This document shows, piece by piece, positions 24,301 to 50,646 of a stretch of 64,000 nt of DNA. A program made the position numbers and the translations under genes. Location: contig JAQGDQ010000410.1 of assembly GCA_030141605.1 (NCBI GenBank), positions 62,001-126,000 on the forward strand. The letters run 5' to 3'. This stretch comes from Tubiluchus corallicola. Its lineage: Eukaryota; Animalia; Priapulida. The notes below the pieces were generated by a model. It made no database searches, had not been told where the DNA came from, and saw only the letters and a list, made by a program, of their open reading frames with translations. Within the stretch, counting starts at the first letter, position 1. Every line of letters starts with the position of its first letter.

Positions 24301-25862
24301 GGCATATTCGATTTGATTAAATTTGGTGATAAAATCAGTAAGTCAAACTGATTCGAGTTTAAAAAGTAAAACGTCAAGTCTAATTCTTTTTTTATTTTGC
24401 TCAGCATTAATTAGGAATAATGAGTTGGTGAGGCAGCATGTTGGTCAGGCAGTAAATTTAATATGAAACTATGACGGCACTAAATCTAAGTCCTCGTGAG
24501 GTCTACTCTTCTCTTTCACAATATGTGCACATATAGAGAAAAACTGTCAAAAATATTGTAACTTGTAACTGGTCAGATATTAATTTTCTTGTAAGCAAAA
24601 GCTACAACATTTGTGTAACGCAAAAGTGACATTACCTCGTCTAATGCAAAAAGAGATGGCAATCTTTTCAGTATTTCTTGTCTTGGGATCTCACTAAGTA
24701 TTGGATTTCCTGCTAAGCAAAGCTGCCCAAGTCTTGGCAAAGCAGCTAGTGCCTCCTGGAGTAAAAAGAGATACCATTAAATACAAAAACTGAATGGATT
24801 TACACATTTGAAAATGTAGGGAATAAATGTAAGTTCGATGTAAAAAAAACCACCCCATTTTAACGTGAATTAAGTTTATAAACATTTAGAATCACAATAT
24901 TCTATGTCCTCAAACATTATTTATTCAAGAAATGTGTAATTTTAATTGCAGCTGACACTAATAACTAACCACTGCATAACCTTGAGCCATTCAAATGGGT
25001 TTCAGCGAGACACGAGGTGATTTGCAAAAAAAATTTCAAAAACAGCAGAAATACTGAAAACACTGAAAAGTTAGCAGACTGACCATAAAAGTGCATTTCC
25101 AGCCAAATGAAACTTTGAAAGTCCATTAATTTTATCTCTTTAGAAAATTAAATGCAGTGTTTCTTTTTGGGTAAAACTTTCAAAGGTGATAGTTGCTGAC
25201 ATTTTCGAAACAACTTTGATAGATGATTGCTTTCATAAACACACAAAATATGGTTTGGCTGTTCAAGTCTTTATACTTTCTTAAATGCAGTTACTTGTTT
25301 TTCGCACTATATATAAAGTAGAACAATGGCAACAGCATGAATGTCTTTAAAGGTTAGCTTTTCTGGCGACAAAATGGTGTAGAATACCACACATTGTTAC
25401 ACATACTTACTGCCATCATCCACCAAAACCACCTGTGAAGCACCTGTACAACAGGAAATCAGAAAATAGCTCATTTAATTATAAAAAATATGAATTTTTA
25501 TATTCATTTCAGTACACTGCAAACTGCAATCCAGCATTCAACAGTAGGACCTATAAACTTATAATGCAATGTTCATGGTGAGACTGAAGCCTGGCTCATT
25601 ATCAAGGCTGACCTAAGGTGAACCACTAGACTGGAAGAGACGTCTCAGCCATGCTCAGTCCACTGCATATACCTCGTTCCTCTATGAGGTAAACAGGATC
25701 AGTATGGCGAATGAACCTGTCCAGAGTGAGTATGAAACCCAGAGCCATTCAAGTGAGTCTACAGACGAGACCGTTCAGCAAAGGACCCTGCCACAAATGC
25801 ATGTATAAGGAAAAGACGAATGCACACACACACACAAACACACACACACAGACACACACGCA

Positions 25863-25918
<56 letters not shown>

Positions 25919-28900
25919 CATATATGCAGAATGACTATACTTACTTGTATTTTAAACTGCTACAAAAAAGAAACAATTGTTTGAAATGCCATCATTTTAC
26001 ATATTTACAAGTGATAAACAAGCAACACTGACAATAATGCAAACGAAAAAGACAAACAAACAAACAATCTAATCATCTGTGTAATCTATGCAATCATTCC
26101 ATATGTAAGCCAAGTAGAACGGGAGTAACGCCTGTGCTCTGTCACACAGTATCATATGCATTAGCAATTTATGACATCTAACATTCGTACATGCCTAAAA
26201 ATAGATAAGTACAAGAGTAAGATGACATATGCCACAAGCATTATATTTGCAAGGTCAGAACCGGTCAGAACTGGATTACGCCTAAGCATGCAGCTTTGGT
26301 AAGTGTTTAAAGTACATTCACGACTGTTTTACATCTGCAACCGTCCACAATAACAAAGTTTTATTCAAATGGGACAAACTTTTCGAACGACTCTCATAAA
26401 ATTCATAAATGTAGAAGTCGTTTATTACCATGTTTTCAGCAGTCTTTATTTTGTTATTTGATAAATTCAAAACTTCCAAATTGGGAAATTGTGTAGAAAT
26501 TGTAGAAATATGCTCTATTTGATTATGAGAAATGTCCAGAAACTCAAGGAGCCTAAAAAAATGCAAAAATCACTATAAAATTATAAACACTATTTGAAAT
26601 TAATCTAACAGATATACTCAACATAAATCAATGTAACTTCAAAATAAGTAATGTAAAATTAAATTAATTCAATTAGGTAACAAACTAAAAATAAAAATAA
26701 TACTGAACTGGAACTATCACGTCTCAAAAATGGTAGACAAAGCAAATCTAAAGCTAAACAAGTTTCGACGCGTGTCAGTTAATATGCCCAGAGCTACGCG
26801 GGAATGATTATTCATTACGACTATTCTCCCTGCCATCGAATATGGTAATGTAGTATGGTCAGGATGCAGTGAAAACAGTATACGTTTGTTAGAAAATATT
26901 CAGCTAACTGCTGCTAGAATATGTTCTGGCACTATGTTTCAATCTTCCCCTGCAAGTATCTTGTCTGACAGCAGCTTCACTAAATTAGTGACACGCTTCC
27001 ATTATCATCGCCTATGTCTTTTTTTCAAAATAATCAATGACTTAGTGCCCCACTATTTAAGTGCAATTCTGCCGCCAAAGGTAAACGAAGTTACCCCTTA
27101 TTATATACGCAGTGGTACTAAATACAGAAATTCTAATTGCCGTTCTGTTAGGTGTGAAAAATCGTTTTTCATATCGACCAATAACATGTGGAACAACCTA
27201 CCACAGAACATTCGTGAAATTACATCCATTTCACAATTCAAACTAGAGCTCAAATCTCATTTAAGTTTTTCGTTGCGTAAGAAACATTTTTCATTTGGTA
27301 CACCTCCAATATCAGTGCATCATACGTGCATGAGAATCGGATTTTCTCAGCTAAACTATGACCTTTTCTCTAAAGGCTGTAAAGATAATAACGGTCATCC
27401 AATATTGCCGAATTGTAACTGTGGATTTCGATTTGAGTCTGTTGAACACTTTTTGTTGCACAGCCCATTGCATCAACTAGCTAGGGTAGTTATGTTTGAT
27501 AAATTAAATGCAATATTTCTGCCCGAAAACCTTAATATAGCTGTCTTAGGAAATAATGATCTGTTGAAGTTGTTATTATTCAGTAAAGATGAATTTAACT
27601 ATGTTACTAACTGTAAAATATTCCAATGTATACATGACTTTATATTATGTACTAAACGCTTCCAGTAGTTTCTATCTGATATAAAATGCATCATTCTTAA
27701 ATAATCATACATCAAAATTTACTAACCGTCATTTTTACTAATGTCTAATGTATCACTGTAGTAAAACTTTAGTATACTAAAGTAAACTAAAAACTAAGTA
27801 TAGTCTATTCTTACTGTAAATGTTCTTGTAAATAGTGTATAAATTCTGTTGTGGTGAGGATCTTAAATCATGTTGTACAAACTGCCTGATCCAATCCTAA
27901 ATAAATTATGTTTAAACTAAACTAAAAATAATAACAATCTGACAATGCAAACAAACAGCTGCACTAGCAAAATCAAATTTCAAACTGTGAAGCAGATAGA
28001 CACTGTAGTAGGTAGAAACTACTAAAAACCGGTATAATTAATTAATGAGCAAAACACTTTAAAGCCATTACATTCAAAACTTTGGTGTATGGTAGTGCAC
28101 AAGTGACAACCCTGAGTCTATGGAAACCCATAAGAGTCTAAAAACATTCCTACAAACTCAGCAATGATTCAATTAAAATTTAAAAGCAAGTTGTTTCGAA
28201 CTAGCATCTGGTAGTAGTCCTCATAACGTCTACTGAATTAACTGACTTCGATGCTTTGAATTTAAACACATTTAAACTATCAAGTGGTACTACCAAATTT
28301 GTAAAATAATACTAGCTGGAATGTTAATATGCACATTACAAACAGAACCTCAAATGGTAAGTAATGTAAGTAAGGGTAACTACAAACTTATGAATTCAAA
28401 AGTCATTATTCATATTCATTAAACATTTTCTAATCTTTGTAGCCTACTAGAGCAGAAAAGTAATAATGCAATATGGTAATTATAATCACAACTCACAACT
28501 TTGTTAATTTCACCAATCACTAAAATTTTGAAATAGTTTGTTTTTGTAACATCTTAAATGCTGTTTTCTTTAACACTGTTCATTACATAATCTTTTGACC
28601 AAACTGGTTTTTCTCTTTTTGTGGAGGTCTTGTTTTTCCAATTCCTGCATCATTTGTAATAATCTCTCCCATGTCTTGTTGCAATGCAAGTGTAGTTGCA
28701 GTTGTAGGAAGCGACGTAGTTGGTGTTCTTGCTGTAGGTGTTAAATGCTGCGCTGTTACAAACAGTTGTCTTTCCTCTGTTGGTATTTCATTCTCTGTAC
28801 TTCCAAAGTCACATCTTTCCTTTTCATACCGTTCTGTACCTTCATACTTCTTGAAGAAGCTATTGTTTTTAGTGATCTCATGTCCTTCACAACTAGCTGT

Positions 28901-31900
28901 AATCTTTGATCCTTTAGCACCAGTAACTGTAAATGCCATTGGGCTATATTTTGTACTGAATTTGTTTAATTTCTTTTGCTTCACTAGGACTTTATCTCCA
29001 CATCTAAAATGTAATTTAGAAGACTGTTGGTCCATTTTGGTTTCCTTATCTTTTAGCCTTATTGCCGGATCTTCATGGCTTGTTGGAACTTTCTGATCGT
29101 CCAGAGAAGGTAATTTTATTCTGACAGGTCTTCCAAATATTAACGATGCAGTTGATACTCCTGTTGCTGGATGTGGTGTATTCCTGTAGTTTCTGAGATA
29201 CAGTAGGCACCACTTAATAGACTCAGTTGCTTAATTGATTCAAGAATGCCTGGAACGGGCAGCTTCTATTCAAATATACATACAAACTATCGGTAATTGA
29301 CTCAAATAATTCTGCATAATTGACTCAATATTTTTCCTTCACCTACTTAAAATAAGATATTTGTAGGTGCTAAAAGAGCCTTTCCTACTTTTGTGTCATC
29401 TTTACTTCCCTCTTGTGCACTATGTAGGCAGAAACAATCAAGTTAAGTACCAATTTGTTTATAAGCTAGTACGTTTAACATGCACCAATATGCTAGAGCA
29501 GCGGTTTTGCTTTGAAACTGTTACCTGCTTGCCCACTGTTACCCAAAGAATTTCCGGAAGCTAAACATCTAATCACTTGCCTTGCTCACCTTGACTAATC
29601 TTGCTCCACTAACATGTCATTTATTTCAAATATCTTTTCTTTGGCACAACGTAGGAGTAAGGCTTTACTACGAACTTGGTTCGGTAATTTTCATAGCAGT
29701 GAGTTATTAAAACGTGCAAGTCACTTCTCCCACCTAGTTGCAGTGTTCGGTAAATCAGTGTCGCAATCGAATGGATGTATTTGCATAGTTTGGTTGCAGC
29801 TAAATGATGCCATATCTATAGAGTTGTTTTCCGTCCGACTACCGACATGCGCGTGACAATTTCTTGATTTCCGTCTTTGTGGTTTTTACTTTGCTGATCG
29901 CTTGTGTTACGTTGGTTCACATCCGATCCTCGTCACCAAATGTAGTAGATAGAAACTACTACAAACCGATATAATTAATTAATGTGCAAAACACTTTAAT
30001 ACAGGAAGCCATTACATTCAAAAAACTCCGGTGTATGGTAGTGCACAAGTGACAACCCAAAATCTATGGAAACCCATAGAGTCCAAACTTCTACAGACAT
30101 TACGTGGAACGTGCGCATGTCATTATTCATTGACGGGTGGTTTAGTTTGTTTACGTAACATGTACTAACAAAACACCAGAATTGTTGCTGTTGCATGAGT
30201 CTTTTGAACCAAATGCTTAAAAAAGTAGAAATGTGCCAAGAAACACACATTTGTAATTATCACTGGCTCAGTTTTATTTGAATTCCTTACCTTTTCTTCC
30301 GTCCACTTATAATCTCTGTTAGTTGATTGTGGCTTGCTCTCAAAGTCTGAAAAATATATTGCATGAAAACTATCATCCTTCAATGTAATCTATGCACACA
30401 ATATAACTAACTCCAAATCGATATAAGTAATGAAATACAGAACCGTAAATAAAGAAATACCGAATAACAAATACCTGATAACAAATCAGAATAAACAGCA
30501 GAACTAAACATAAAGACTAAACTTTATTCATGCCATAATAGTAGAGAAAAGCACAGCTGTCAGCTGGTGTTAAATTAACCAGTAAGTAACACATGTACAC
30601 AAAATGCATATGCTAAAAACATCTCACTTCCAAATTTAGGAAAGCCAGAAATATATGTTTGCTTGCATAGAAAAATTGTCAATAAGTCAGCAATTACAGT
30701 TTTCTAGTTATTCACACATCCTGAATCTCCATTTCATGAGGGTCATTTTGATACCTAGCTCACTGCTCCATGTTATTTCTAAGCTGAGATAATCTACCTT
30801 GAAGTTGAGGTGCACGCTGCGCACTGAAAAACATAATCTTGAGAAAATCGCTGTTAAAGTCAACCATTGTTTTTTGTCGCGTCTCTACAAAACACTTAGC
30901 AACCGTATGAAAGTGTTGTTGCTATGGAGTTTGTAAGAGCACATTGAAGTTACATTTAAATCCAGATGGCTCTTCCTGACGAAGATTTGGGCTTGACAAT
31001 AGAAAAAATCCAAAGCAAAATGACTGCTTCCACAAGCTACTATCGGAGTTTGGAAGTGCAAGTTTTTTGCAATTGCACTACTAGTTCCTAGGCAGAAAAA
31101 TGGGCATGGGGTTATGAAATTAAATTTGTAGTATTTTTTGGACATTTTCTTGATAATTTGATGCTAGAATATAAAAGTCCAATATATCTAGCATATTTTT
31201 ATGGAAAATGAAAAATTACCACTAGACCAAAATTTTGGTGCCGACTTATGGACGGTTTTGGTTTGCAAGCATACATATGCAAAAAAATAAATTTTACTTG
31301 AAACTACATACCGTAAGATATTTTAATCCCTTCACACATAAGAAACTCTCCAGTTTATTATAGGAAACATCCACATCAAATAACTAAAAAAAACAGCGTT
31401 CAAAATGACATGATAACAACAGCAGTTTCTTATCTTTATCATAAATATTATAGTTTCACAAAAGATAAAACACTTCACAAATCTGCAAAAATTTAACATA
31501 TAAGACATTGAAGTGGTTTACCCAGACAACCATACTGCTGCTTTTAGAAAAAGAAAATGTAATATTTGTAGTTCAACACCAGCTGCCCCATTTCTTCACA
31601 GCATGGCACATGTGTAATCCTAACTCTTGAACTATGACTCCCGGGAAAGTGACAGACGTTTACTAAATTTGCAAATTAAAAATTAAAAACGTTTAAATGC
31701 CTTTTTACAAGCTGAAAGTGGCTCAACTGCCTTCAATCTGTTTCTGGCAACAGAGAGTTCTTGCAGGTTGACCAAAATATGTACTGCCTGCAAAAAAGCA
31801 AAATATAACAAAGTTTCAGTCAAAGCCGACATTAATTGCTTTCACAGTCTAACACAATTTGTTTAACATAAATATTTCATATTTGGAAGTGCTACTTTCA

Positions 31901-34900
31901 TCATCGCATGACGAATGCGTAACAAAATTGTACAAAAAATAATACAACATGTTAAAACGAGCTTATATCTGATACACAAAATTCGCCCTTGCATAACAAA
32001 ATGATTATCATATGATTATGAAAGAAGTGTTTTGGAAATACCAGATGTTATACCATCTGTTTGTTGGAGAAACACAAAATGTCAATGATTTGGCAAATCC
32101 CAACGACATAAAATTGATAATCGATTTTTGATATTGTTAACCTCATATGAATTAATGCATTACAAGAAACTACTCATGCCTCGATGGACTGCAGTTTATT
32201 GTGGCTGATATCTAAGGAAGACAGTTCAGGAAAACAATTTAATTCTTCCCTTGTGATCTTTTCTATGTTGTTGTTGTCTAATCTTAAAAACACCAGCTTT
32301 GTGCAAGATGACAAACCATTACCTATAAAAAAGCACACACACTTGAACAATATACTTCTATAAATCTGTTATAACACACTAAAATTAGGTTCACAGACAA
32401 GTAGGAATAAGGTGAGACAGCATACTCATTGTACGAACAGGTGAGGACGCTCTAGACAAATCTGTCCTCGCTCTGATATCTGGTGGGAGTTTGTTTCACA
32501 GTCGTACTGGGTAGAAAGAGTGCAAATAAATGTTGACTTCTGCTGGTTGAACGAACTTGCAGTTGTCCTCCAGTGATGAAGTGATACAAATAAATAAGAC
32601 AATGCATATCTTGTGATATACTATGTCATGAAAGGTAATTAGTATGGTTTGTAGGCACCTAATTTCACATAATTGCACGTTTGTCTCACATAACTAAATT
32701 TTTATGAAACCACATATTTGATATTTTTGTTCACATAATGCAATTTAAGCCATGTGCACAGGATGGACAGGGCCTTAAGTGGACACCGTCTGGAGAAAGA
32801 AGAAAGAGAGGAAGGCCTGCAAGAGAACAGAGTGTCTGCAACAGCATGGGTTAATGTGTTCCTGGGAAGTGTACGTTGGCTGAAAAGAGCCATATAGACG
32901 TGAATAGCAAAGCCTCGTGGCTCCTATCACTTCATAAGACCTCAAAAAAATAAGGCAATGAAATATTGATTAAATTCTACGAAAAACAATACTTCCGATG
33001 CTAAGTATGGTCAACTGACATTTGAGATATTTTAGTCATTTTATACTTTTCTCTTAGCAAGAATTAATATACTGAAAAAATGAAACAAAGTAGAAGCAGT
33101 TAGTGCAATTAATTAGCGAGAAACAAACTAAGTTAAAAATGAATAGGAAAAAATAAAAACAGTAATTTCCTAAAATAAATGAAATAATGCCCAAACTCTT
33201 CTTTAAATGTCCTGACAAAAAACAAATTTTGATATTATTAAAACTGATGGGTCACATGTTTCTGCATACCTATAGATGATATTTTATTATGTTGTAGTTC
33301 AAGATGCCTCAGCTGAGTCAAACTGCAAAAAAATAAATTGTTAAAAGAAGCATGCAAAAAGCCATAGAAACTGTTACTGTTCGTACCAAAATATTATTAT
33401 TTGACAAGATAAATCTTTAAGATTATTTTAACACATAATTTGACAGCAAAAGCGAAATTTTGAAGTTACATAATTAATTCTAAATAAACTCACTGCAACT
33501 CTATAACAATGTAACTACGGGTTAAGCAAACCAGAAACACATTCCTACTTTTAAATATTAAATTTATTGCATGATATGCTTTTAGTGTGAAAACTCATTC
33601 AAATGATGTCAATAATGTTACTAAAAATCTAAACTTTAATGGTGAAATTTAGCCAAAACAAAATGAATGTGATTGAAAACTAGCATATATACTAAACTTC
33701 ATTATAACATACTTTTCAAGGCCCATTATAGACTGGATTTCATTACCATACAATTTCAACTCTCTCAACTCCTATAGAAATAGAAACTGGTATTACATTG
33801 TAAAATTTTTGCAGATTTCAGCCATGTAAAGAACGATAATTTTCCAATCAGCATTGAATGATACTGGTAATAAGTATATACTGGCACATCAAATAAATTT
33901 TTCTAGAGATTTCTACAACAATCTAAAACACAATAATAATAATAATAATAATAATTTCGTTTAGGACATAGACGAGGGATAACAACTTAAGTAACTCAAT
34001 ACTTACTTCCTAGGTGGTCCCGATTATTATTATTCACACGTTACTTCGATAAACAAGCATGCTGGACGAAAAACCAGCGGCACTATTTTTGGTGCTTTTA
34101 AGTCATTTTTTAATGGTACTCACAGAAAGATCCTGTAACTTTTCAATCACTGTTAGTTTATTGCAAGATAGATCCAGAACTTGTAAGTGGATGAACTGTA
34201 AAAAGGAAAAGCAATAAAATTTTTGAAACAGATTGGAGTAAGTATCTGATTCATTAAAATCATTATCCCTTCCAGAGACTACTATTTACAGTATTAAAAC
34301 TAAGCAATTATTATAGTTATACTTTAAAACAAAGTTTCCTACGATAAACTCATAGTCCTTAGAAAGAAGAACGTGGCATTTTTAAACTGACATATTGAGT
34401 CAATTACGACAAATTTTGTCCTATCAAACAGCTGTTATTGTTGGCCATACTTGCCATCTAGCAGAAGCATTTTGTGTTTAATTCTAAAAAGTTTAACTGC
34501 AAAGAAATGAAGAAATCTTATAACACCTTGACCAAATATAATGAGTAAATGCTATGTTAGTGTTCATCCCAAACAACTATGATAAGATAAAACTGTTTAG
34601 ACTTCTGCAATGACAGGGTGGTTTAATAACCATCAGATAAACTCAGATACAAATGATTCTGTAAAAGTCTCCATAGATAATTATCCAAAACAAGAACAAC
34701 AATGAACGTGGGCTCAGACTAGGGCATTAAATCAATTATAACATTGCAGTGCCTTCTACTGCAATTGATGTAAATTATAATTAATGAACAAACTCTTATC
34801 ATTACAACTCCTAAAAAATCATGGGAGCTGACCTATTTTAGACAATACAAAATTTAAGATAAGTAAGAGCTCCCTTGATCAGAAGCCATTCAAGGTAACA

Positions 34901-36061
34901 TTTGAACAATTCTGTTTGGCTGAGTAAACTTCACTCGAAGCATTTGTTAGTCATCAGCCATACTGTCACACACTTTAATTTACAAAAGTATACAAAAAAG
35001 TACCTCACACCTTGGCGATAAATGCCTATGTCCAGCTGACACAAGACTTAAAAAGAAAAAGAGAAGCTCAACCACGGCTCCCTACCTTTTCAAATGAAGG
35101 AATCACCTCTAGTCCCTCAGCGTGTAAAATCACTTTCTGTGCTTTCTCGTAACTGACTTCCCCACTGCTTACAAGCTGAAAACACACAAACACGTATTAA
35201 CCTTTTAACTCTGACTCACACCCATAATTGTGAAATAAATGTTTTATATGAAACCTTGTGTTATCGCAAATGCTATTAAGGGTTAACATTCGCTTACAAA
35301 TTTTATTTGCTCTTATAGCATTGGCATATAGTATGAAATTCGTTTATTACCGTTTTTCTCAAAATCTTGAAATGAAACTTTTTATAAAAACTTCACCATT
35401 AAATAAATTGACACAGCTATAAATTAATAAATTTAATTATCAATTAAAAATTATAAACAAAAAAGATAAAACACTATGTGCTTAACTCTTATTTTTAATA
35501 CCATTCTGAAATTACAATGTTTAGGCTTTTCTTATGCAAATGGTACCAATAAAAAATTCTTAGCAAAAAGCTACCTGAATTTCAAACGTAGCATCCACAA
35601 AATTGGAAATCTGGGTGAAAACTATTGAAATTTCGAGATATTGTAAAATTTATTTAGGTAGGAACACACACCTTAAAATAATGGTACATGAAATAAGAAA
35701 CATTTTTCAAAGTTCGAATACAAAACATTTTAATAGTGCTCAATTTAAGCCGTTTGCGTAAAATTTTGTAAAATAATGCAATTAGCACAAGGTGCATAAG
35801 AAATTCCACTTATAAATTATTGTTTGATTAGTTAGATTATTACTGTGAATGCCAGAATGTTTATAAACCATTGTAGTTTATTTCATTATTGTTCATTTAG
35901 TATTTCATAAATTATTGTTTAAACTCCCACTTTCCACATACCATGTCCTTTTGGGAAGGAGGCTGCTTCTTTTTCTGCAACGTGTCCAAACGAGCATCTT
36001 CTAAGCTAATTACACGCCAATGAAATTTTGCATTATCATCTGCCTCTTGCGATTTCATCAT
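21397..36061 (-). CDS. SDS22/PPP1R7-like leucine-rich-repeat protein with LRRcap and short C-terminal coiled coil, 447 aa
   Basis: Exons 36061-35942, 35175-35086, 34195-34124, 33771-33713, 33322-33270, 32322-32180, 31787-31701, 31383-31312, 30346-30291, 26552-26429, 24755-24636, 22913-22844, 21997-21916 and 21592-21397 total 1344 nt and are phase-consistent. 22-aa repeats include [77 protein letters not shown] and [11 protein letters not shown]; the cap reads [22 protein letters not shown]. Two introns use GC donors. Confidence 0.88.
23217..23640. mobile_element. hAT-like MITE remnant
   Basis: Begins CAGGGCCGACTCTAGG..GGCACCCTAGGCAA; the subterminal motif recurs as GGCACCCTAGGCAACTGCCTAGTTTGCCTA near 23606-23636; the right TIR is not intact. 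Confidence 0.55.
23881..24001. repeat. Perfect 23-bp inverted repeat (MITE-like)
   Basis: AATCTAAGACCATACTTTTAAGG at 23881-23903 and its reverse complement at 23979-24001. Confidence 0.85.
25570..25920 (+). mobile_element. Decayed RTE-like LINE 3' end followed by (CA)n
   Basis: DWKRR-like remnant near 25630 and a (CA)n tract at 25823-25920. The microsatellite is certain; the LINE call is weak. Confidence 0.45.
26700..27930 (+). mobile_element. 5'-truncated CR1/L2-group LINE (ORF2 C-terminal part), antisense in an LRR-gene intron
   Basis: [58 protein letters not shown]...WNNLP and the terminal knuckle [16 protein letters not shown]; one in-frame stop (~26805); AATAAA and an (AAACT)n tail; AAACTAAAAATAA at both flanks. 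Confidence 0.9.
28004..30095 (-). mobile_element. Internally deleted Ty3/Gypsy (Mag-like) LTR retrotransposon
   Basis: ~150-bp TG..CA LTRs at 28004-28154 and 29941-30095; TSD GACAC/GACAT; PBS TGGTGACGAGGAT (29938-29926) resembling the complement of the tRNA-Ser(GCU) 3' end; gag start PFDCDTD..TATRWEK*LARF..RSKALLL; integrase tail [27 protein letters not shown] and [16 protein letters not shown]. Confidence 0.88.
32420..32895 (-). mobile_element. Decayed LINE 3'-end fragments (CR1-like and RTE-like)
   Basis: [15 protein letters not shown] remnant (~32520-32470) plus a GC-richer RTE-like segment (32760-32890). Confidence 0.45.
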
Positions 36062-37159
36062 GGCAGTCAACTCTTATAGTCACCTATATTAAAATTTAAA
36101 ATGAAATTTCAAAAAGTCAAAGATTTACATAAAAACTGGTTAATGTAAGTAGATCTAAGTACTAGACACTCAAACTTTCATTAGTTTCATACTAATTAAT
36201 AATTTCTTGATGAATAAAACACTTACAATAATTAAAAAACAAGGAAAAAGAAAAAATGGCAAAACATTTCAAACTACCACACTACTTCTTCTTCAGGTGA
36301 ACAAGAACAGGACAACAAAGAGCAAAAAAAATCAGAAGGAATTAGTAATTCATTGTGATTTTTTCCTGTTTTTTTCTTGTTCGCTGCAAAAGAACTACGG
36401 AGGTAGTTGGAAATGTTGTGCCGTTTCTATTTTTTTCCTTGTTTTTTAATTGTGGTACTTTATTTAGTCATTGTCACTATTTTTCTCATTAAGAACTAAC
36501 CGGTGTTATTACTGTGTTATTAAGCTAATAGGCTAGGGTATAACTTTGTAGGCCCTAACCTGTAACTGCTAGTGCCAACCCATAACTCGTGCTGCCCACC
36601 CACAACCTATAATATACTTCTGTCTTATTCACACTAATACGTTTACTGCAACCAACAGCTGTACATACACAGCATACAGGCTACTAAATGCAGAAGTACC
36701 TGCTCTCTAACATGAGATGTTATTGTTCTATAATAGTTGTTTAATAGCCAACGAGAACTGTTAAAATATTGTGGTTCTGTTTATTTTTCATCTGACAAAT
36801 GACATTTGTGCTGTGACAGTAATTATAGTTTTTTCAAGTACATGAGATAACACGATCTGTAAACTTTGCAATATGAATTATAGTTGTCACGCAGAGCATT
36901 AATTTATGATGGCAAAGTGGAAGCTTTATAATCATATCACCTGCTTTTCAAATGGTGAAAAAAGTACATTAAGTTTTTCATTTTTCAATATTTTCAAATT
37001 TTCGGCAGTTTTTCTGTTGAAACAGAAGGTTTGTGAACAACCCTTACAGCAGTAATCGTGCAGCCAGTCCACAGAGTCCACAGAGCATGGCATCTGCTAA
37101 TCTGTTTTGTTCATGTTGCTCCCTGGCCTTCTGCCTTATGTTGCCTAATGTTGTTTTGG

Positions 37160-37345
37160 CAAAGTTGTTCTTCTAGCCAAATCATGTACATGTGCTCAAA
37201 GGAGGCCTTATATTTGTAGACTATCCCTTTCCCAGCCAAGTGCTTGTCCAACCTTCTCTTAAATACATCTACACTTGGTGCGACATCGTTGGGTAAACTA
37301 TTCCATACATCTACAATTCTGTGCGAAAAACGATTCAGTCCTATC
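37160..37345 (-). mobile_element. CR1 LINE 3' fragment
   Basis: FSHRIVDVWNSLPNDVAPSVDVFKRRLDKH, the typical CR1 ORF2 C-terminus. Confidence 0.85.
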
Positions 37346-37634
37346 CTATACACTTTTTTGATCTGAACTGCTCGCATAGGAACTGTGAAAATTGGTAAAT
37401 CAGGTAACGCATGGGTATATTTAAACAAACAAAAAACACCGAGGACCAAGGTGAATAAAAATCAATGAAAGAGATTATTCCATTAATTTGATTGGGTTTA
37501 TTTTGGTTGCTGCCAACACTAAACAGTGTTTGAACTGTGTTTCATCATTCCTAATGTAAAGCAAGATACTGCACTGCTTAAGCTCATGTGTACTATGCAG
37601 TATAAAATCACTCATATGTGATAAAACGAATTAC

Positions 37635-38113
37635 CTGTTTACTGTTTTAAACTAACCCTGAACCCAACGATTCGTTCACGTGAATTTATTGAATGAGTCG
37701 TAGAAAGCTCCAACCAGTGTGCATTTTAATGAGCTCACACGCTTTTGATCTACTGGAATAACCTGATTAGGAGTGATAATTTAGGGCACTTTTTAAAGAC
37801 CAAAAATATTCAAAAAGTCACGCTCAGTTAATAGCTACAGCACAGTAGCTACGGTAAACAAACGCGGAACGCACAGAAAATTTCCGGTTTGGCTGATGGA
37901 CAAAAAGAGAGCTGTAAAAACACGCGTAGAATGTTTTATATATGTTGCAGCTACTAAAGAATTTTTTAAAGATTGTAAAGATAAATAATAAAATATATAA
38001 TAAAAGTTTTGCAAAATTACTTTAACTATAATGTTACAGTCACATCTCACAAGATTAAAATTATCACGAAAAACGAGCTGCACTAAACTATCCCAGCATC
38101 CATTGCATGAAAG
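37635..38113. promoter_or_regulatory. Candidate bidirectional promoter between the LRR gene and the KCTD gene
   Basis: Head-to-head genes; minus-strand donor CAG|GTAATT at 37633-37634 could join acceptor 36084-36085; CpG enrichment; X-box-like GTAGCTACGGTAAAC (37845-37859), forkhead GTAAACAAA (37854-37862), ETS-like TTCCGG (37882-37887). Confidence 0.5.
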
Positions 38114-50646
<12,533 letters not shown>

